Position numbers and translations under genes: made by a program
Shown: piece by piece, positions 1-11,985 of the stretch
Layout: each line of letters opens with the position of its first letter
How positions within the stretch are numbered: the first letter of the stretch is position 1
NCBI GenBank assembly: GCA_038087875.1
Contig: CM075996.1
Location: 10,046,001 to 10,110,000 of the forward strand
Source: Malacoraja senta
Taxonomy: Eukaryota
Length of the DNA: 64,000 nucleotides
Reading direction: 5' to 3'
The notes under the pieces: model-generated
Told to the model about the DNA's origin: nothing
The model's input: the letters and a program-made list of their open reading frames with translations, nothing else
Databases searched by the model: none

Positions 1-561
1 TAGCACGTGTTAAATGTATGTTTTAGTTTTCTTTAACTTGCTTTATATGGGGGGGTGGGGGGTGGGGGGTGGGGGGTGGGGGAAACTTTTTTAAAATCTC
101 TTACCTCGACGGATTTTTTCCATATTGTATCTCTGTCCGCACTGCGGCCCCTGTCCCACTTGGGAAACCTCCACCGCGACCTCTGGCGACCTTAAGCGAC
201 TAAAAACAAATCAAGGTCACGGTGACCTACGACCTTCCTCGACTATGTGAACGACCTCCTACGACTATGTTGAAGACCTCCCTCGACTATGAAGAAGACC
301 TCCTTCGACCTCCTTCGACCTCCTTCGACTATGTTGAAGACTGGCTTCGACCATGTACGTTTTACTCGAGGATGGACTCTGGTAAATTGGTCCGCGAATG
401 AGCACGACCCCCTTCCACCTCAGAGGACCACACCGAAAACCAACGACGACCAGTGACGAGTGTCTACAGCTCAAATGATCACCTGATAAAATGATGTCAT
501 GTCTGCATTTTTTTCTCACTAAAATATGCCTCCCAGGTTTTAAAAAAAATCATTCTAAACC

Positions 562-834
562 ATGCAAGCAAGGAGGGAACTAGTTTGGAGGATGTTAGTA
601 AAAATACAACTGCTGCTGTTTGCAGTAGCCCTTTTGCTTCAGCAGCCTTTTAAGAAAGACAGAAGGGTAAGAGCAAGGGTGAAGAGGAAGCACAAGAAGA
701 GGTCTCAGTGGGTGAATGGAGATGATGTGATGAACTGTCCCAGTACACCAGATGACTGGAAGAGAGTGGCGCTGGGCTTTGACAAAAGATGGAACTTTAA
801 GCACACGTGTGGGGCAGTGGATGGCAAGCATGCC
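562..834 (+). pseudogene. Harbinger-type DDE transposase N-terminal fragment
   Basis: Translation CPSTPDDWKRVALGFDKRWNFKHTCGAVDGKH matches the Harbinger/HARBI1 motif (P..W..F..WNFP.C.GA.DGKH), truncated just after the first catalytic D. Confidence 0.85.
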
Positions 835-1253
835 ATTCTTGTCCCTGTCCCTGTACCCCTCATTTTCCTTATCGTACAGGATGGCATTCTGCTGGAACCA
901 TTCCTCAAGGCCCCCCTCCTGCTGCCTGGTGAAGGTGTAGGGCATATCCTTCCTCCAGCCCTCCCTCACCACCAATGGGGCATCTGCCTCTGATGCTGTG
1001 TCAGACACAGGGGAAAGGGCTGCTTTGCTGCCTTCAAATGAGGCAGTGAAGGATGGGGTGGTGGTGGGGACATATACTACCACCCCGGTCTCCTCCTCCA
1101 GGGGTCTCTCATGCAGGCCTACCTCCTCCTGCACTATCACCTCCTGTGGCATCACCTCCGGCCACTCCTCCTCCTGGGTGGGCAACACCTGCATGGCAGG
1201 TTTTTTTGAGGGTTGTGCCCTTCCCTTCTGTGCTGCTGCCTTTTTGGTGCCAT
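835..1253 (-). pseudogene. Harbinger second ORF (MADF/Myb-SANT-like DNA-binding protein) fragment
   Basis: Acidic N-terminus followed by FTRQQEGGLEEWFQQNAILYDKENEGYRDRDK, resembling the start of a MADF domain (LYD...Y.D); convergent with the transposase. Confidence 0.7.
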
Positions 1254-1715
1254 CTCTAAAACAACTCTCCAGCTATGAATGAACATGCCTTGGAGTGACA
1301 TAGGTGATGTTCTGCTGTTTAGATTACCTTTTTATTTCTACTGACCTTTTTTTCACCCCGGAGCTATTACCTTCGACTACCTTCGACCACCTTCGAGTAC
1401 CTACGACTAGCATCACGACCTACTACGACCGGCTTCGACTAGACCTACGACTAAAAAAATATAGATGTTTCCCACGGCGACCTATTTTTAGTCGCGGTCA
1501 ATTTTGAACATCTTGAAAAATAAGCCGCGACCTAGCTGAAACCTCGACTACGCGGAGACCACTCTCGTGCATGAAGGAGAGTGACAAAGACCTCCTACGA
1601 CCTCATGGCGACCTTGCCGCGACTATGGGTCGCGGTGGAGGTCTCCCAAGTGGGACAGGCCCTTCACATCGAGGAGCTGGCGGCCTCTGCTGAAGACCGA
1701 CTTCGGGGAGCTCTT

Positions 1716-1802
1716 CAGACTGAAGAAGGGTCTCGACCCGAAACATCACCCATTCCTTCTCTTCAGAGATGCTGCCTGTCCTGCTGAGTTATTTTGTGTC
1801 TA
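1716..1802 (+). repeat. Penelope-derived terminal repeat with hammerhead-like motif
   Basis: CTGAAGAAGGGTCTCGACCCGAAACATCACC; the same motif ends the GIY-YIG Penelope element at ~47875. Confidence 0.7.
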
Positions 1803-2539
1803 TAATTATTTCAACATTTAAAAGATATTTGGACAGGTACATGGATAGGACAGGTTTAGAGGGTTACGGGCCAAACACACGGAACTGAAACTATGTTGGA
1901 TAGGACATCTTGGTCAGCAGGGGAAAATTGGGCGGTTGGGCATGTTTCTGCGCAGTCTGACTATGACTATTTCTCTCATTATCCTGCCTCTCCTTTCCTG
2001 TCCCATCTCTATCCCTCCTCTGGCTTCACAATTCACGCCTTTCCTCTCCTTATCCTTCAGCACTCTTGTCTTCTTTTCTTCTCAGGTCATTGTCCACCCA
2101 CCTGCCAGTCAAAGCTCCCACTGCCCTGCAGTATTTTGTGTCTGTCTTTGATATAAACCAGCATCTGCAGTTCCTTCCCTCACCTATCACTTGCCAGGTT
2201 TTATCCTGTCCTCACATCCCTCTTCCAGCTTCCTCCCCCCTAGGACAATCAGTCTGAAGCAGGGTCCTGACCCCAAACGCCACCTATCAACGTCTTCCAG
2301 TGATGCTGCCTGACTCGTTGAGTCACTCCGGCACTTTGCGTCTTTTTATGTAAACTAGTATCTGCAGTTCCTTGTATCGATTTGCAGACACCTGTTTGTG
2401 TTATCAGTCAATGTCACTGCTGGCTGGCTTGGTAACAACTGGCAGGAATTGCCTGAAACTCTCAGAGAACTATTTCACTTGAACCCACACAAAGTTCCCC
2501 ATCAGTGGAGTTACAGCACAAAACACCAGCGAGGGTCAT

Positions 2540-2862
2540 TTAGTTTAGTGCAGTCTAGTTTAGTTTAGAGATACAGTGTGGAAACAGGCCCTTGCGGCCC
2601 ACCGAGTCCGCGCCGACCAGCGATCCCCGCACATTAACACTATCCTACACACACTAGGGACAATTTACATTTATACCAAGGCAATTAACCGACAAACCTG
2701 TACGTCTTTGGAGTGTGGGAGGGAAGCGATGATCTCGGAGAAAACCCACGCGGTCACGGGGAGAAGGTACAAACTCCGTACAGACCACCCCAGTCGGGAT
2801 GGAACACGGTTCTCCAGTGCTGCAAGCGCTGTAAGGCAGCAACTCCACCGCTGCGCCACTGT
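2540..2862 (-). mobile_element. tRNA-derived SINE (HE1/V-SINE-like)
   Basis: Reverse strand has a tRNA-like head (GTGGCGCAGCGGTGGAG), the conserved body, a CR1-like 3' tail and (CTAAA)n. Confidence 0.85.
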
Positions 2863-3099
2863 GCATGGTCTTGAAATGTGCGGTATTTAGCAAACACAGA
2901 TAGAAACATAGAAAGAAACATAGAAAATAGGGGCAGGAGGAAGCCATTCGGCCCTTTGAGCCAGCACCGCCATTCATTGTGATCATGGCTGATCATCCCC
3001 AATATAGAAACATAGGTAGATAACGTAGATAACGGCCATAGTTTCAAGGAAATAAGGACAAGGGAATTGGTTGCTTTGGTTTCCAAAGAACATGACAGT

Positions 3100-3485
3100 A
3101 CACGGTGGTGCAGCGGGTAGAGCTGCTGTCTCACAGCACCAGAGACTCAGGTTCGATCCTGACCACAGGTGCCATCTGTGTGGAGTTTGCACGTTCTCCC
3201 TGTAACCACATGGGTTTCCTCTGGGTGCTCCGGTTTCCTCCCACGTTCCAAAGACGTGCGGTTTTGCAGGTTAATTGGCCCTCTGTAAATTTCCCTTAGT
3301 GTGTAGGGAGTGGGATAACATGGAACTAGTGTGAGTGGGTGATCGATGGTCGGCGATGGTCGCCGAAGCCCCTGTTTTCAGGCTTGTCTCTAAACTAAAC
3401 TAAACTAAAATAAAATAAGCTAAAATAAATTAAACTAAAATATAAGAATCTAAACTAAGCTGAAGTAAACAAAACAAAACTAACC
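3100..3485 (+). mobile_element. tRNA-derived SINE (HE1-like)
   Basis: A box CACGGTGGTGCAGCGG, B box GGTTCGATCC, (CTAAA)n tail. Confidence 0.85.
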
Positions 3486-3547
3486 GTAGTTTAGCAACCA
3501 GGAGATCGTGTAGGTCAACGTGGACAGAGTGGAGGTGTTCAGTGAAA

Positions 3548-4193
3548 TGATCGCTGATCCTGTGCTTGGTCTCACCGAAGGGACAGGTTGCACCTTAACT
3601 GGAGAGGGACCAACATCGTAGCGGGCAAGTTTGCGAATGCTACACGGATGGGTTTAAACTAGATTGGCAGGGGGGTGGGATCTCGTACAAGACAGAGACA
3701 CGTGAGAGGCTAGAAGTTGGTATGGAGGGTGGTGTGGGGAAGGTTAGTGGACAGAATAGGCAGGTGAAAGGCAGAGAACGTGGAAGGAGGGTTGGTTTAA
3801 ACTGCACGTAAAGGGGCCTGATGGGTAAGGCAGATGAGCTGAGGGCATGGATAGGTACGAGCGACTGGGACGTTGTAGCCATGACTGAAACCTGGTTAAG
3901 GGAGGGGCAGGACTGGCAGATCAATGTTCCCGGAGTACTGGAGCTTCAGGACAGACGGGTGAGGGAAAAAGAGGAGGGGGGTTGCATTGTTGGTTAAGGA
4001 GGATGTCACGGCAGTTTTTCAGTGGTTACATTACGGAAGTTTTGTCTAGTGAAGCTATATGGGTGGAGCTGAGGAACAAGAAAGAGATGATCGCTTTGTT
4101 GGGGGTGTACTACAGACCCCCGAATAGTCAACGGGAATTAGAAGAACAAATGTGCCAGGAGATTGCAGGCAGCTGCAGGTCAAATAAGGTTGT
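3548..4193 (+). mobile_element. CR1 (HER1-like) LINE fragment, endonuclease region
   Basis: Translates to ..VAMTETWL.. and EAIWVELRNKK...LLGVYYRPPNS, the APE endonuclease of CR1 ORF2. Confidence 0.85.
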
Positions 4194-4428
4194 TGTAGTA
4201 GTTTAGCGGTTTGAGAAACGACTACTGGAGTTTCAACCAAAAACTTTATTCAAAAGTAAGTTGCAGTACACAGGTTTGTCAAACACGTCTGGCCACATCG
4301 ATGGTCAGCACTGAACTAACTCGCGCCAAGGGAAAACCGCGCGAAAACAACGGCCCCTCCCGGATCACGTGACCGCGGCTTCCGAACGGCGGGTTCGATA
4401 TCTGCGTGCGCTAGGTGGCGGCGCTACA
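4194..4428 (-). mobile_element. 3' LTR of Gypsy/Ty3 element
   Basis: TGTAG...CTACA inverted termini, AATAAA on the minus strand, G-rich polypurine tract immediately upstream (4429-4441). Confidence 0.85.
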
Positions 4429-7281
4429 TGGCCCCCCCCCAGAATCCGCGGTACGGAAACGCGCGGGTAAACGGACGGGGAAACGCCCGATCGGAACGTG
4501 CAGTTCGCAGTCGCGGGGCGAGCGTAACATTTGGGACCGGCACATCAGGACCGGAGGGACGCGAAAAACGCAAACGAGGGATGGGCGTAACAAAGGGGAC
4601 CGGGGAAACGCGACCGGATAGAACAGGTGTAGAGGGGGTCAAAACGGCAGGTGGACGTCCTCTACGCCATGGGGTAGCCACTGTCACTGGGCTATCCTCG
4701 TCGACATGTGCAGGCTTGAGACGGCTCACAGAAACAAACTCCTCTTTGCCGCCCATGTCCAAAGTGAATGTTGAAACCCCCGCATTGAGCACCTTGTACG
4801 GACCCTCATACACCCGTTGTAACGGCGAGCGATGAGCGTCTCTACGGAGAAAAATATAAGCCAATCCCGTAACACAGAAGGCACATGAACCAAAGACGAA
4901 CCGTGCCGGGAAGTTGGAACTGGGACCAAAGCGCGCGCCCGCTCACGAAGGTCCTCCAATACCTGCGAGGTAGAATTCTCCTGACCCCGGGGGGCAGGCA
5001 AGAAATCCCTGGGAACCCTCAAAACCGAGCCATAAACCAACTCGGCCGAGGAGGCTTTGAGGTCTTCCTTGGGCGTTGTCCTGATGCCCAGGAGGACCCA
5101 AGGTAACTGGTCGACCCAATCAGGGCCGGTGAGTCGTGCCTTTAACGCCGACTTAAGATGTCTGTGGAATCGCTCGACCAGCCCGTTAGACTCGGGGTGG
5201 TAAGCAGTAGTTTGATGTAACTTAGCGCCGTACATCTGCGCCATACCGCCCCATAGGGAAGATGTGAACTGGGCCCCGCAGTCTGTCGTTATATCTGAGG
5301 GGACCCCGAAACGAGCGACCCAATTTGAGACAATCGAGGTATCCGCTAACGGGATGGCCTCCGCCCACCTGGTAAACCTGTCCACGATAGTCAGTAAGTG
5401 GGTAGCCCCGCGCGAACAAGGTAAGGGACCTACCAGGTCTACATGGATGTGCAGGAACCGGCCGTCCGGGACATCGAAATCCTGGACCGGCAGGTGTACA
5501 TGTCTCTGCACTTTGGTCTGGCATGGGATGCAGGAACGAGCCCATGCAGCGACTTGCTTCCACAGGCCGTGCCATACGAACTTCGCCGCGACTAGGGCAG
5601 AGGTAGCGCGAATTGACGGGTGCGCTAAACTATGGATGGTGTCGAAGATCCGGCGTCGCCAAGCGAACCGGGACAATTGGTCGGGCTTTACCGGTGGAAA
5701 CATCACAAAGGACTCGTACGCCGGAGGCTCCACAAGGCACCAACCAGCTTCAGCCCTGATTCAGTGTTGTGGTAAATCCTCATACCTGTTGGGCAGCTGC
5801 CAACTCCTGGCAATCGATACCTAGACTAAGCGCGGAGACCTCGGGCAGCGCTGGACGGGATAATGCGTCGGCCACGACATTCTGCTTTCCTGCCACAATG
5901 TCAGACGTGAATTCTGAAACGTAGGCAAGGTGCCGTTGCTGCCTAGCAGACCATGGGTCAGAAACCTTGGTCAAAGCGAACGTTAGTGGCTTGTGATCGG
6001 TGAACGCGGTGAAAGCTCGCCCTTCTAGGAAATAGCGGAAATGGCGGATTGCTAGGTAAAGTGCAAGGAGCTCCCTGTCGAAAGCGCTGTATTTAACTTC
6101 CGGGGCTCGCAGTTGCCTGCTGAAAAACACCAGCGGCACCCAGCGACTGCCTACCCGCTGCTCAAGGACGGCCCCCACCATGACATCGGAGGCGTCTACG
6201 GTTAGCGCCATTTGGGCCGAAGCCCTGGGGTGTACTAGCATAGTGGCGTTGGCCAATGCCGTCTTGGCCCCTTCAAAAGCTTTCTGTGCCTCCTTAGACA
6301 AAACTAGGTCCTTGGGCTTACCGGCCAGGCATTGGAATAGCGGCCGCATGATGGCGGCTGCCGACGGGACGAAACGGTGATAGAAGTTAACCATCCCGAT
6401 AAACTCCTGGAGACCCATAATCGACAACGGCCTGGGGAATTGTCGAATAGTGTCGACTTTCTCGGTCAGGGGTTGCGCTCCCTGGGAAGTGATACTGGGA
6501 AGTGGTCGTGAAAGGTTTCTGGATCTCAGCTACCTCGGATAGTTGCTGCGAGGGCGTTGACGGGTTGCGCGGTGTGTCAGGGCGTGGGCCCGACGCAGGG
6601 ATCATTCGACCACCCCGTACATCGACTAACAGGGAGAACGCGCGCAGGAAATCGGCGCCCAGGATCGGTTGGGCGACTTCAGCAACGAAATTTAGTTTCG
6701 CGGTCCGTGTGCCGTAGGTGCGAATATCGCTCCCGTTTACGGCCGAGAGGACACGTCCCACCTTACCCGCACGGAGGTCCCGGGTGTTTGGAGGCAGGAT
6801 ACTGGCATGGGCACCTGAATCTACCAGGAAATGGTGGCCGGAATGGCGATCACGGATGAAGAGGCGTGCGTTGGGGCCGATCGCGTTTGCCTCTACGGAC
6901 GATCGGCGGAGGCGTTTCCCGGAAACGAGCAAGGGCTTCGGCATCTTCGTGCTCCGAGCCCGTATCGCTGGTGGTAGTAGCACCATCTGCGTTGGGTGTA
7001 GACCATTGGCCGTGGCGCTTCGTCTTCGACGCTGGGCTGAGTCTCTTCCTCTCGTTGTCGGAGTGGCTGCACCCATTGCGTGACCATGGGGCGGGAGACG
7101 GCGTGTACGTCTGAGCGCCCAGAGCACGTCTGCTCTTTCCGCGAGCCGCTGCGGGTCGCTGAAATCAGCTCCTGTTAACATCAGCTGCACTTCGTCGGGC
7201 ATCTGCTCTAAGAACGGTTGTTCGAAAAGCAAGCAGGGTCGATGCCCGTCCATCAGAGCCAACATCTTGGCCATGATCGTC
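4429..7281 (-). mobile_element. Degenerate Gypsy/Ty3 internal region (gag-protease-RNaseH-integrase; RT core missing)
   Basis: Gag knuckle CYYHQRYG..ARRCRSPC; protease FLVDSGA; RNaseH LTVDASD, YSAFDRELLA, TDHKPL, NVVADALSR; integrase HxH..C..C, HVDLVGPLP, TAYHPESNGLVER and GPY/F domain; frameshifted. Confidence 0.92.
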
Positions 7282-8900
7282 GATGTTTTTGAAGACGTGA
7301 CCAAAAAGGTCGATGAGGGCAGAGGTGTAGATGTTGTGTACATGTATTTCAGTATGACATTCGACAAGGTTCTGCATGGTAGGCTGCTCTGGAAGGTTAG
7401 ATCGCATGGGATCCAAGGAGAGATAGCTGAATGGATAGCAAATTGGTTCCATGGAAGGAACCAGAGGGTGGATGGTGGAAGGTTGCTTCTCGGACTGGAA
7501 GCCTGTGACTAGTGTGCCTCAGGGTTTGGTGCTGGGCCCGTTACTGTTTGTCATCTACATCAATGATTTGGATGAGAACATACTGGGCAAGATTAGCAAG
7601 TTTGCTGATGATACAAAAGTGAGTGGTTTTGCAGATAGTGAAGATGGTTGTGAAAGATTGCAGCAGGATCTGGATCGATTGGTCAGGTGGGCTGAGGAAT
7701 AGTTGATGGAATTTAATTAGAGATGTGTGAGATGTTGTATTTTGGGACATTGAACAAGGGCAGGACCTACACAGTAAATGGTAGGCCTCTGGGTAGTGTT
7801 GTAGAGCAGAGGGATCTAGGAGTACGGATGCATGGTTCCTTGAAGGGCGAGTCGCAGGTAGATAAGGTGGTCATAAAGGCTTTTGGCACTTTGAGTATTG
7901 AATATAGAAGTTGGGAGGTCATGTTGCAGTTTTATAAGACGTTGCTGAGACCGCATTTAGAATATTGTGTTCCTTTCTGGGCACCGTGTTATAGGAAAGA
8001 TATTGTTAAGCTTGAAAGGGTTGAGAAAAGATTTACGAGGATGTTGCCAGGACCAGAGGGTGTGAGCTATGGGGAGAGGTTGAGTAGGCTGGGTCTCTAT
8101 ACCATGGAGCACAGGAGAATGAGGGGTGATCTTCTAGATGTATACAAAATCACGAGAGGAATAGATCGGGTAGATGCACAGAGACGTTTGAGAGATGCAC
8201 ACAGTTCAGTAATTGGAAGCGTCACCAGAGATCTGGAAGGTTTTGGTGGTGACCAGCACAGTAGATCCCAGCTCTGTGGCAGGCATTGGGAAGCTGTGTT
8301 TGGTATGGTGAGATCCAAGAGTATTTTCTGTTGCGTAACATTTAGCTTTCCCATTGTCCATCTCAGAACAGACGGCCTCCGTCCTCTTAACCACCGGGTC
8401 TTTGGAGATCCTGTTCACCATATGAGAATTGGTGTTGTTTCCACACGGGCAGCACCTCTTCATTCTTGAAGCCTTCCCATTCAGATTATCAAACACTTCG
8501 GGAGCTTCCACGTAAATATTCGCTAGAAAAAAATAAAAGATTTGAGAGGACTAGATCGGGTAGATGCACAGGGTCTCTAGCCCAGAGTAGGGGAATCGAG
8601 GACCAGATGACATAGGTTTAAGGTGAAGGGATAAAGGTTTAATGAGAATCTGAGGGGTAACTTTTTCACACAAGGGGTGGTGGGTTTATGGAACGAGCTG
8701 CCAGAGGAGGTAGTTGAGGCTGGGACTATCCTAATGTTTAAGAAACAGACAGGTACATGGAAAGGACAGGTTTGGATGGATATGGACCAAGCGCGGGCCG
8801 GTGGGACTAGTGTAGCTGGGCTTTTGTTGGACGGTGTGGGCAAGTTGGGCCGAAGGGCCTGTTTCCACACTGTATCACTCTATGACTCTATGACTCTATC
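7282..8900 (+). mobile_element. CR1 LINE, RT domain to 3' tail (interrupted at ~8182-8545)
   Basis: VDVVYM.F...FDKV.HGRL, VPQG.VLGPLLF.IYINDLD, ISKFADDTK, LRPHLEYCV.FW; (CTATGACT)n tail near 8880. Confidence 0.9.
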
Positions 8901-9570
8901 AAAGTCCACAAGTCTTTGATTATGTTGACTGCTTTCCCGAGGCAGCGTGAAGTGTAGATGGGGTGTCTGAAGAAATGTCACCCATCCCTTCTATCCAGAG
9001 ATGCTGCCTGTCCCGCTGAGTTACACTAGCATTCCGTGTCTATCTTCAGTGGTGGAGAGTCTGTTCTGTGTGATGGGCTAGGCTACGTCCACACCTCTGT
9101 GCAGTTTGTGTAGGACGGAACTGCAGATGCTGGTTTAAACCAAAGATAGACACAAAGTGCTAAAGTAACTCAGCGAGACAGGCAGCATCTCTGGAGAGAA
9201 GGAAGGGTAACTTTTCGGGTCGAGACCCTTCTTCAGACTGACTGCAGTTTCTTGTGGTCCAGGGCAGAGCAAGGCGACAGCGGGTTTTCTGTGGTGTAAA
9301 GGGCCTGTCCTACTTGGGTGTCATTTGCACGTCATTGATGCGACTGTCGCGGGAAAATCATTTAGCAGTACGACAGTCGCACGCCAAGTAGCGCCAGTCT
9401 CTGTGGCAAGGATTTTCCCAAAGAAAACGTTTCAAAACTCACCGCGGCTTTATACCCGGGTGGTCACGTGGTGTGGCGCTCAAATGACGTACAAATGGCG
9501 TGCCAATGGCGTACGACCGGCGCATGGTTACGGACGTTGACGCATAATATATTAGCATAGGCAACGTTCG
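8198..9570 (+). repeat. Segmental duplication copy 1 (pairs with 33489-34880)
   Basis: About 1.4 kb in direct orientation, near-identical, with scattered substitutions and a ~25-bp indel near 9270/34558. Confidence 0.93.
8206..8522 (-). pseudogene. TNFRSF13C: Duplicated terminal exon of BAFF-R-like gene
   Basis: Near-identical to 33494-33810 including the acceptor TTTTTTCTAG and the stop codon; one visible amino-acid change (AVCSE vs AVYSE); the native 3' UTR is absent. Confidence 0.75.
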
Positions 9571-9842
9571 TGCGTCACCGTGCGTAACCATGCGTCACCA
9601 CGCGCTACGCCATCAGTACGTCAGCGTATGCCATCAGTACGTCAGCGTGTGCAAGGGATACGTCACGCAGGTGGCTCGCGAGGATTTTGACCATTCCAAA
9701 ATCCTGGGCCGATAGGGAAGCGTCGCGTTACCGCGCGTCACCGCATACGCCACCACGCCTCACCTCGCGCCACGACGCGCCAACTAATTTTTAGGATGTC
9801 ACGTAAATGACGCGCAAATGACGCCCAAGTGGGACAGGCCCT
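9300..9842. mobile_element. Harbinger-type MITE
   Basis: TIR AGGGCCTGTCC(T)ACTTGGG / CCCAAGTGGGACAGGCCCT; flanks TAA/TTA; CpG-rich interior. Confidence 0.85.
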
Positions 9843-10198
9843 TTACTGAGCGAGTTGTCCTTATCAGGGTGAGGTGTATGTGAAATTAGCGGTTGTGCCT
9901 TTGGGTCTGGTGAAGTTACGGGGAACTCAACATGCAGTGGGTACATTAGTCAAATTCTGGTGAAAAGCCACATCAATTGAAATGAGTTCTAGTCATTCTG
10001 TTGCATTACTGACTCTGCATCATCAGAAAGTCCGAGTTTAAACGGAGTCAATTAAAAAGATTAGACTGTAATTATACTGTGTAATGGTGGAACCTCTCTT
10101 CATTAATGTGTCCACTATCCAGTGTCTACAGTCCTTGCACCATTGGGCTAGAGACTCTACTCCACACGTATTGTGTACAGCGTATACAACATACTATA

Positions 10199-10376
10199 CC
10201 TTGTGTACACAGTGTATACTGGGCACTTTAACCTGTGTATACAGTGTATACTGGGCACTTTAACCTGTGTACACAGTGTATACTGGGCACTTTAACCTGT
10301 GTACACAGTGTATACTGGGCACTTTAACCTGTGTATACAGTGTATACTGGGCACTTTAACCTGTGTATACAGTGTA
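10199..10376. repeat. 32-bp minisatellite, ~5.5 copies
   Basis: Unit TGTATACTGGGCACTTTAACCTGTGTA(T/C)ACAG. Confidence 0.9.
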
Positions 10377-10384
10377 CCTTACTC

Positions 10385-10657
10385 TTTTTTTATTATACCA
10401 ATACCTTTATTCAAAAAATAACAATAAACATAAAGAATATTAACACGATCAAAGGCCGCCTATATTGACAAATGGTCATCAAATTAATATCTCGCCAAGT
10501 TTATCAACAACACACTCGACCTCCCGCAGCGACCAGCGTTCACGGAAGGCCTCCAGAGTCCCCGTGGACACCGCGTGTTCCCTCTCCAGGGGCACGCGGG
10601 CACGGATATAGGCCTGGTGAAGGGGCGGTCATCGACTACCCGCTGCCTGGACCCGCG
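10385..10657 (-). mobile_element. Tx1/L1-clade LINE 3' fragment
   Basis: Homologous to the 3' ends at 15740-16050 and 43020-43330; AATAAA and short poly(A) on the minus strand. Confidence 0.8.
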
Positions 10658-10802
10658 AATACTGTGTATACTCTATACTCTATACCCTGCGTGTACACTG
10701 TCCTTTCACCATCGAACCAGAGACTTGACCCTGATCCAGTTCGTGCTTCAGGCATCAGCCTTTACTCACCGTGCGTAACCAATCTCCACGGTCACGTGAG
10801 CT

Positions 10803-11210
10803 CACGGTGGCGCAGCGGGTAGAGCCGCTGCCTCACCGTGCCGCAGACCCCGGGTTCGAACCTGACCTCGGGTGTTGTTTGTCTGTGTGGAGTTTGCACC
10901 TTCTCCCTGTGACCGTGTGGGTTTCCTCCGGGTACTCTGGTTTCCTTCCACATCCCGGGTCTGTAGGTTAATTTCTAAATTGCCCCTGGTGTGTAGGGAG
11001 TGGATGATAAAATGGGATAACATGTGAACGGGCGATCGATGGTCGGCGTGGGCCGAAGGGCCTGTTTCCATGCTTCATCTTTCAATCAATCAATCAATCA
11101 ATCAATCCATCTAGTGTGTGTAGGATAGTGTTAATGTGCAGGCATCGCAGGTCGGCGCAGACTCGGTGGGCCAAAGGGCCTGATTCTGCGCTGTATCTCT
11201 AAGTTAAACT
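10803..11210 (+). mobile_element. HE1-like SINE plus second SINE tail
   Basis: tRNA head CACGGTGGCGCAGCGG..GGTTCGAACC, (TCAA)n tail, then a further tail fragment. Confidence 0.8.
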
Positions 11211-11569
11211 CTAAGATGACTGCTCTTATGGGATTTGCAATGAACTATATACTTTTCCCTTACATTTGACCTGCCATAGCGCAACACTTCTTACTTAGTT
11301 TAGTTTAGAGATACAGTGCGGAAACAGGCCCTTCAGCCCACCGCCCAAAGTCCACACCAACCAGTGATCCCCACCAACCAACCAACCAACCAACCAGGAG
11401 ATGGAACCCAGATCTCTGGCGCTACATACGCTGGAGGGCAGCAACTCTACCGCTGCGTCACCGTGACCTCCCATGTCTGAGGAAATTTGGAATGTGTCCA
11501 ATAACTTGTGCAAACTTCTACAGATGCACCAAAAAAAAAAGCCCGCTGAAAACCCCCACAAAAAGCTGG

Positions 11570-11985
11570 GGTTACTCAGAGATGATGCCTGACCCACTGA
11601 GTTTAGTTTAGCAGGCCAGACAGCATCTCTGGAGAAAAGGAATAGATGATGTTTTGGGTCAAGACCCTTCTTCAGACTGAGAGTGGAGGGAGAGGGAAGC
11701 CAGGTATATAGACGGCACATAGAACAACGAATCGTTGGAAAAGCAACGATGATGAAGGAAAGATGGAGCCCACAATGGTCCATTGTTGACTGTCGGGCAG
11801 GTGATAACGAGTGATACAGACAGTGAAAGTCAACAGGACAACAGTGAAACTAGTACAACGACTAGGGTAGGGGAGGAACGGAAAGAGAGGGGGATGCAAG
11901 GATTACTGGAAGTTAGCAAAATCAAAATCAATATTCATACCGCTGGGTTCTAAGCTGTCCAAGCGAAATATGAGGTGCTGTTCTG
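11570..11985 (-). mobile_element. Penelope-derived non-autonomous repeat
   Basis: GIY-YIG C-terminal remnant (HLIFRL..L.P.G.N) plus the terminal repeat with the hammerhead-like motif. Confidence 0.7.

Larger units (their letters stand above)
147..1662. mobile_element. Internally deleted PIF/Harbinger DNA transposon
   Basis: Terminal inverted repeats: ...CCTGTCCCACTTGGGAAACCTCCACCGCGACC at ~150-181 and GGTCGCGGTGGAGGTCTCCCAAGTGGGACAGGCCC at 1628-1662. Subterminal arrays of TTCGAC/TACGAC motifs. Convergent remnants of a transposase and a Myb/MADF ORF. Confidence 0.85.

Noticed and set aside
3100..3170. tRNA genes (A/B boxes) here and at other SINE heads
   Set aside because: They continue into SINE bodies and tails and have no complete cloverleaf.
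10199..10376. CRISPR-like periodic repeat
   Set aside because: Head-to-tail 32-bp units with no unique spacers, in a eukaryotic context: a minisatellite.
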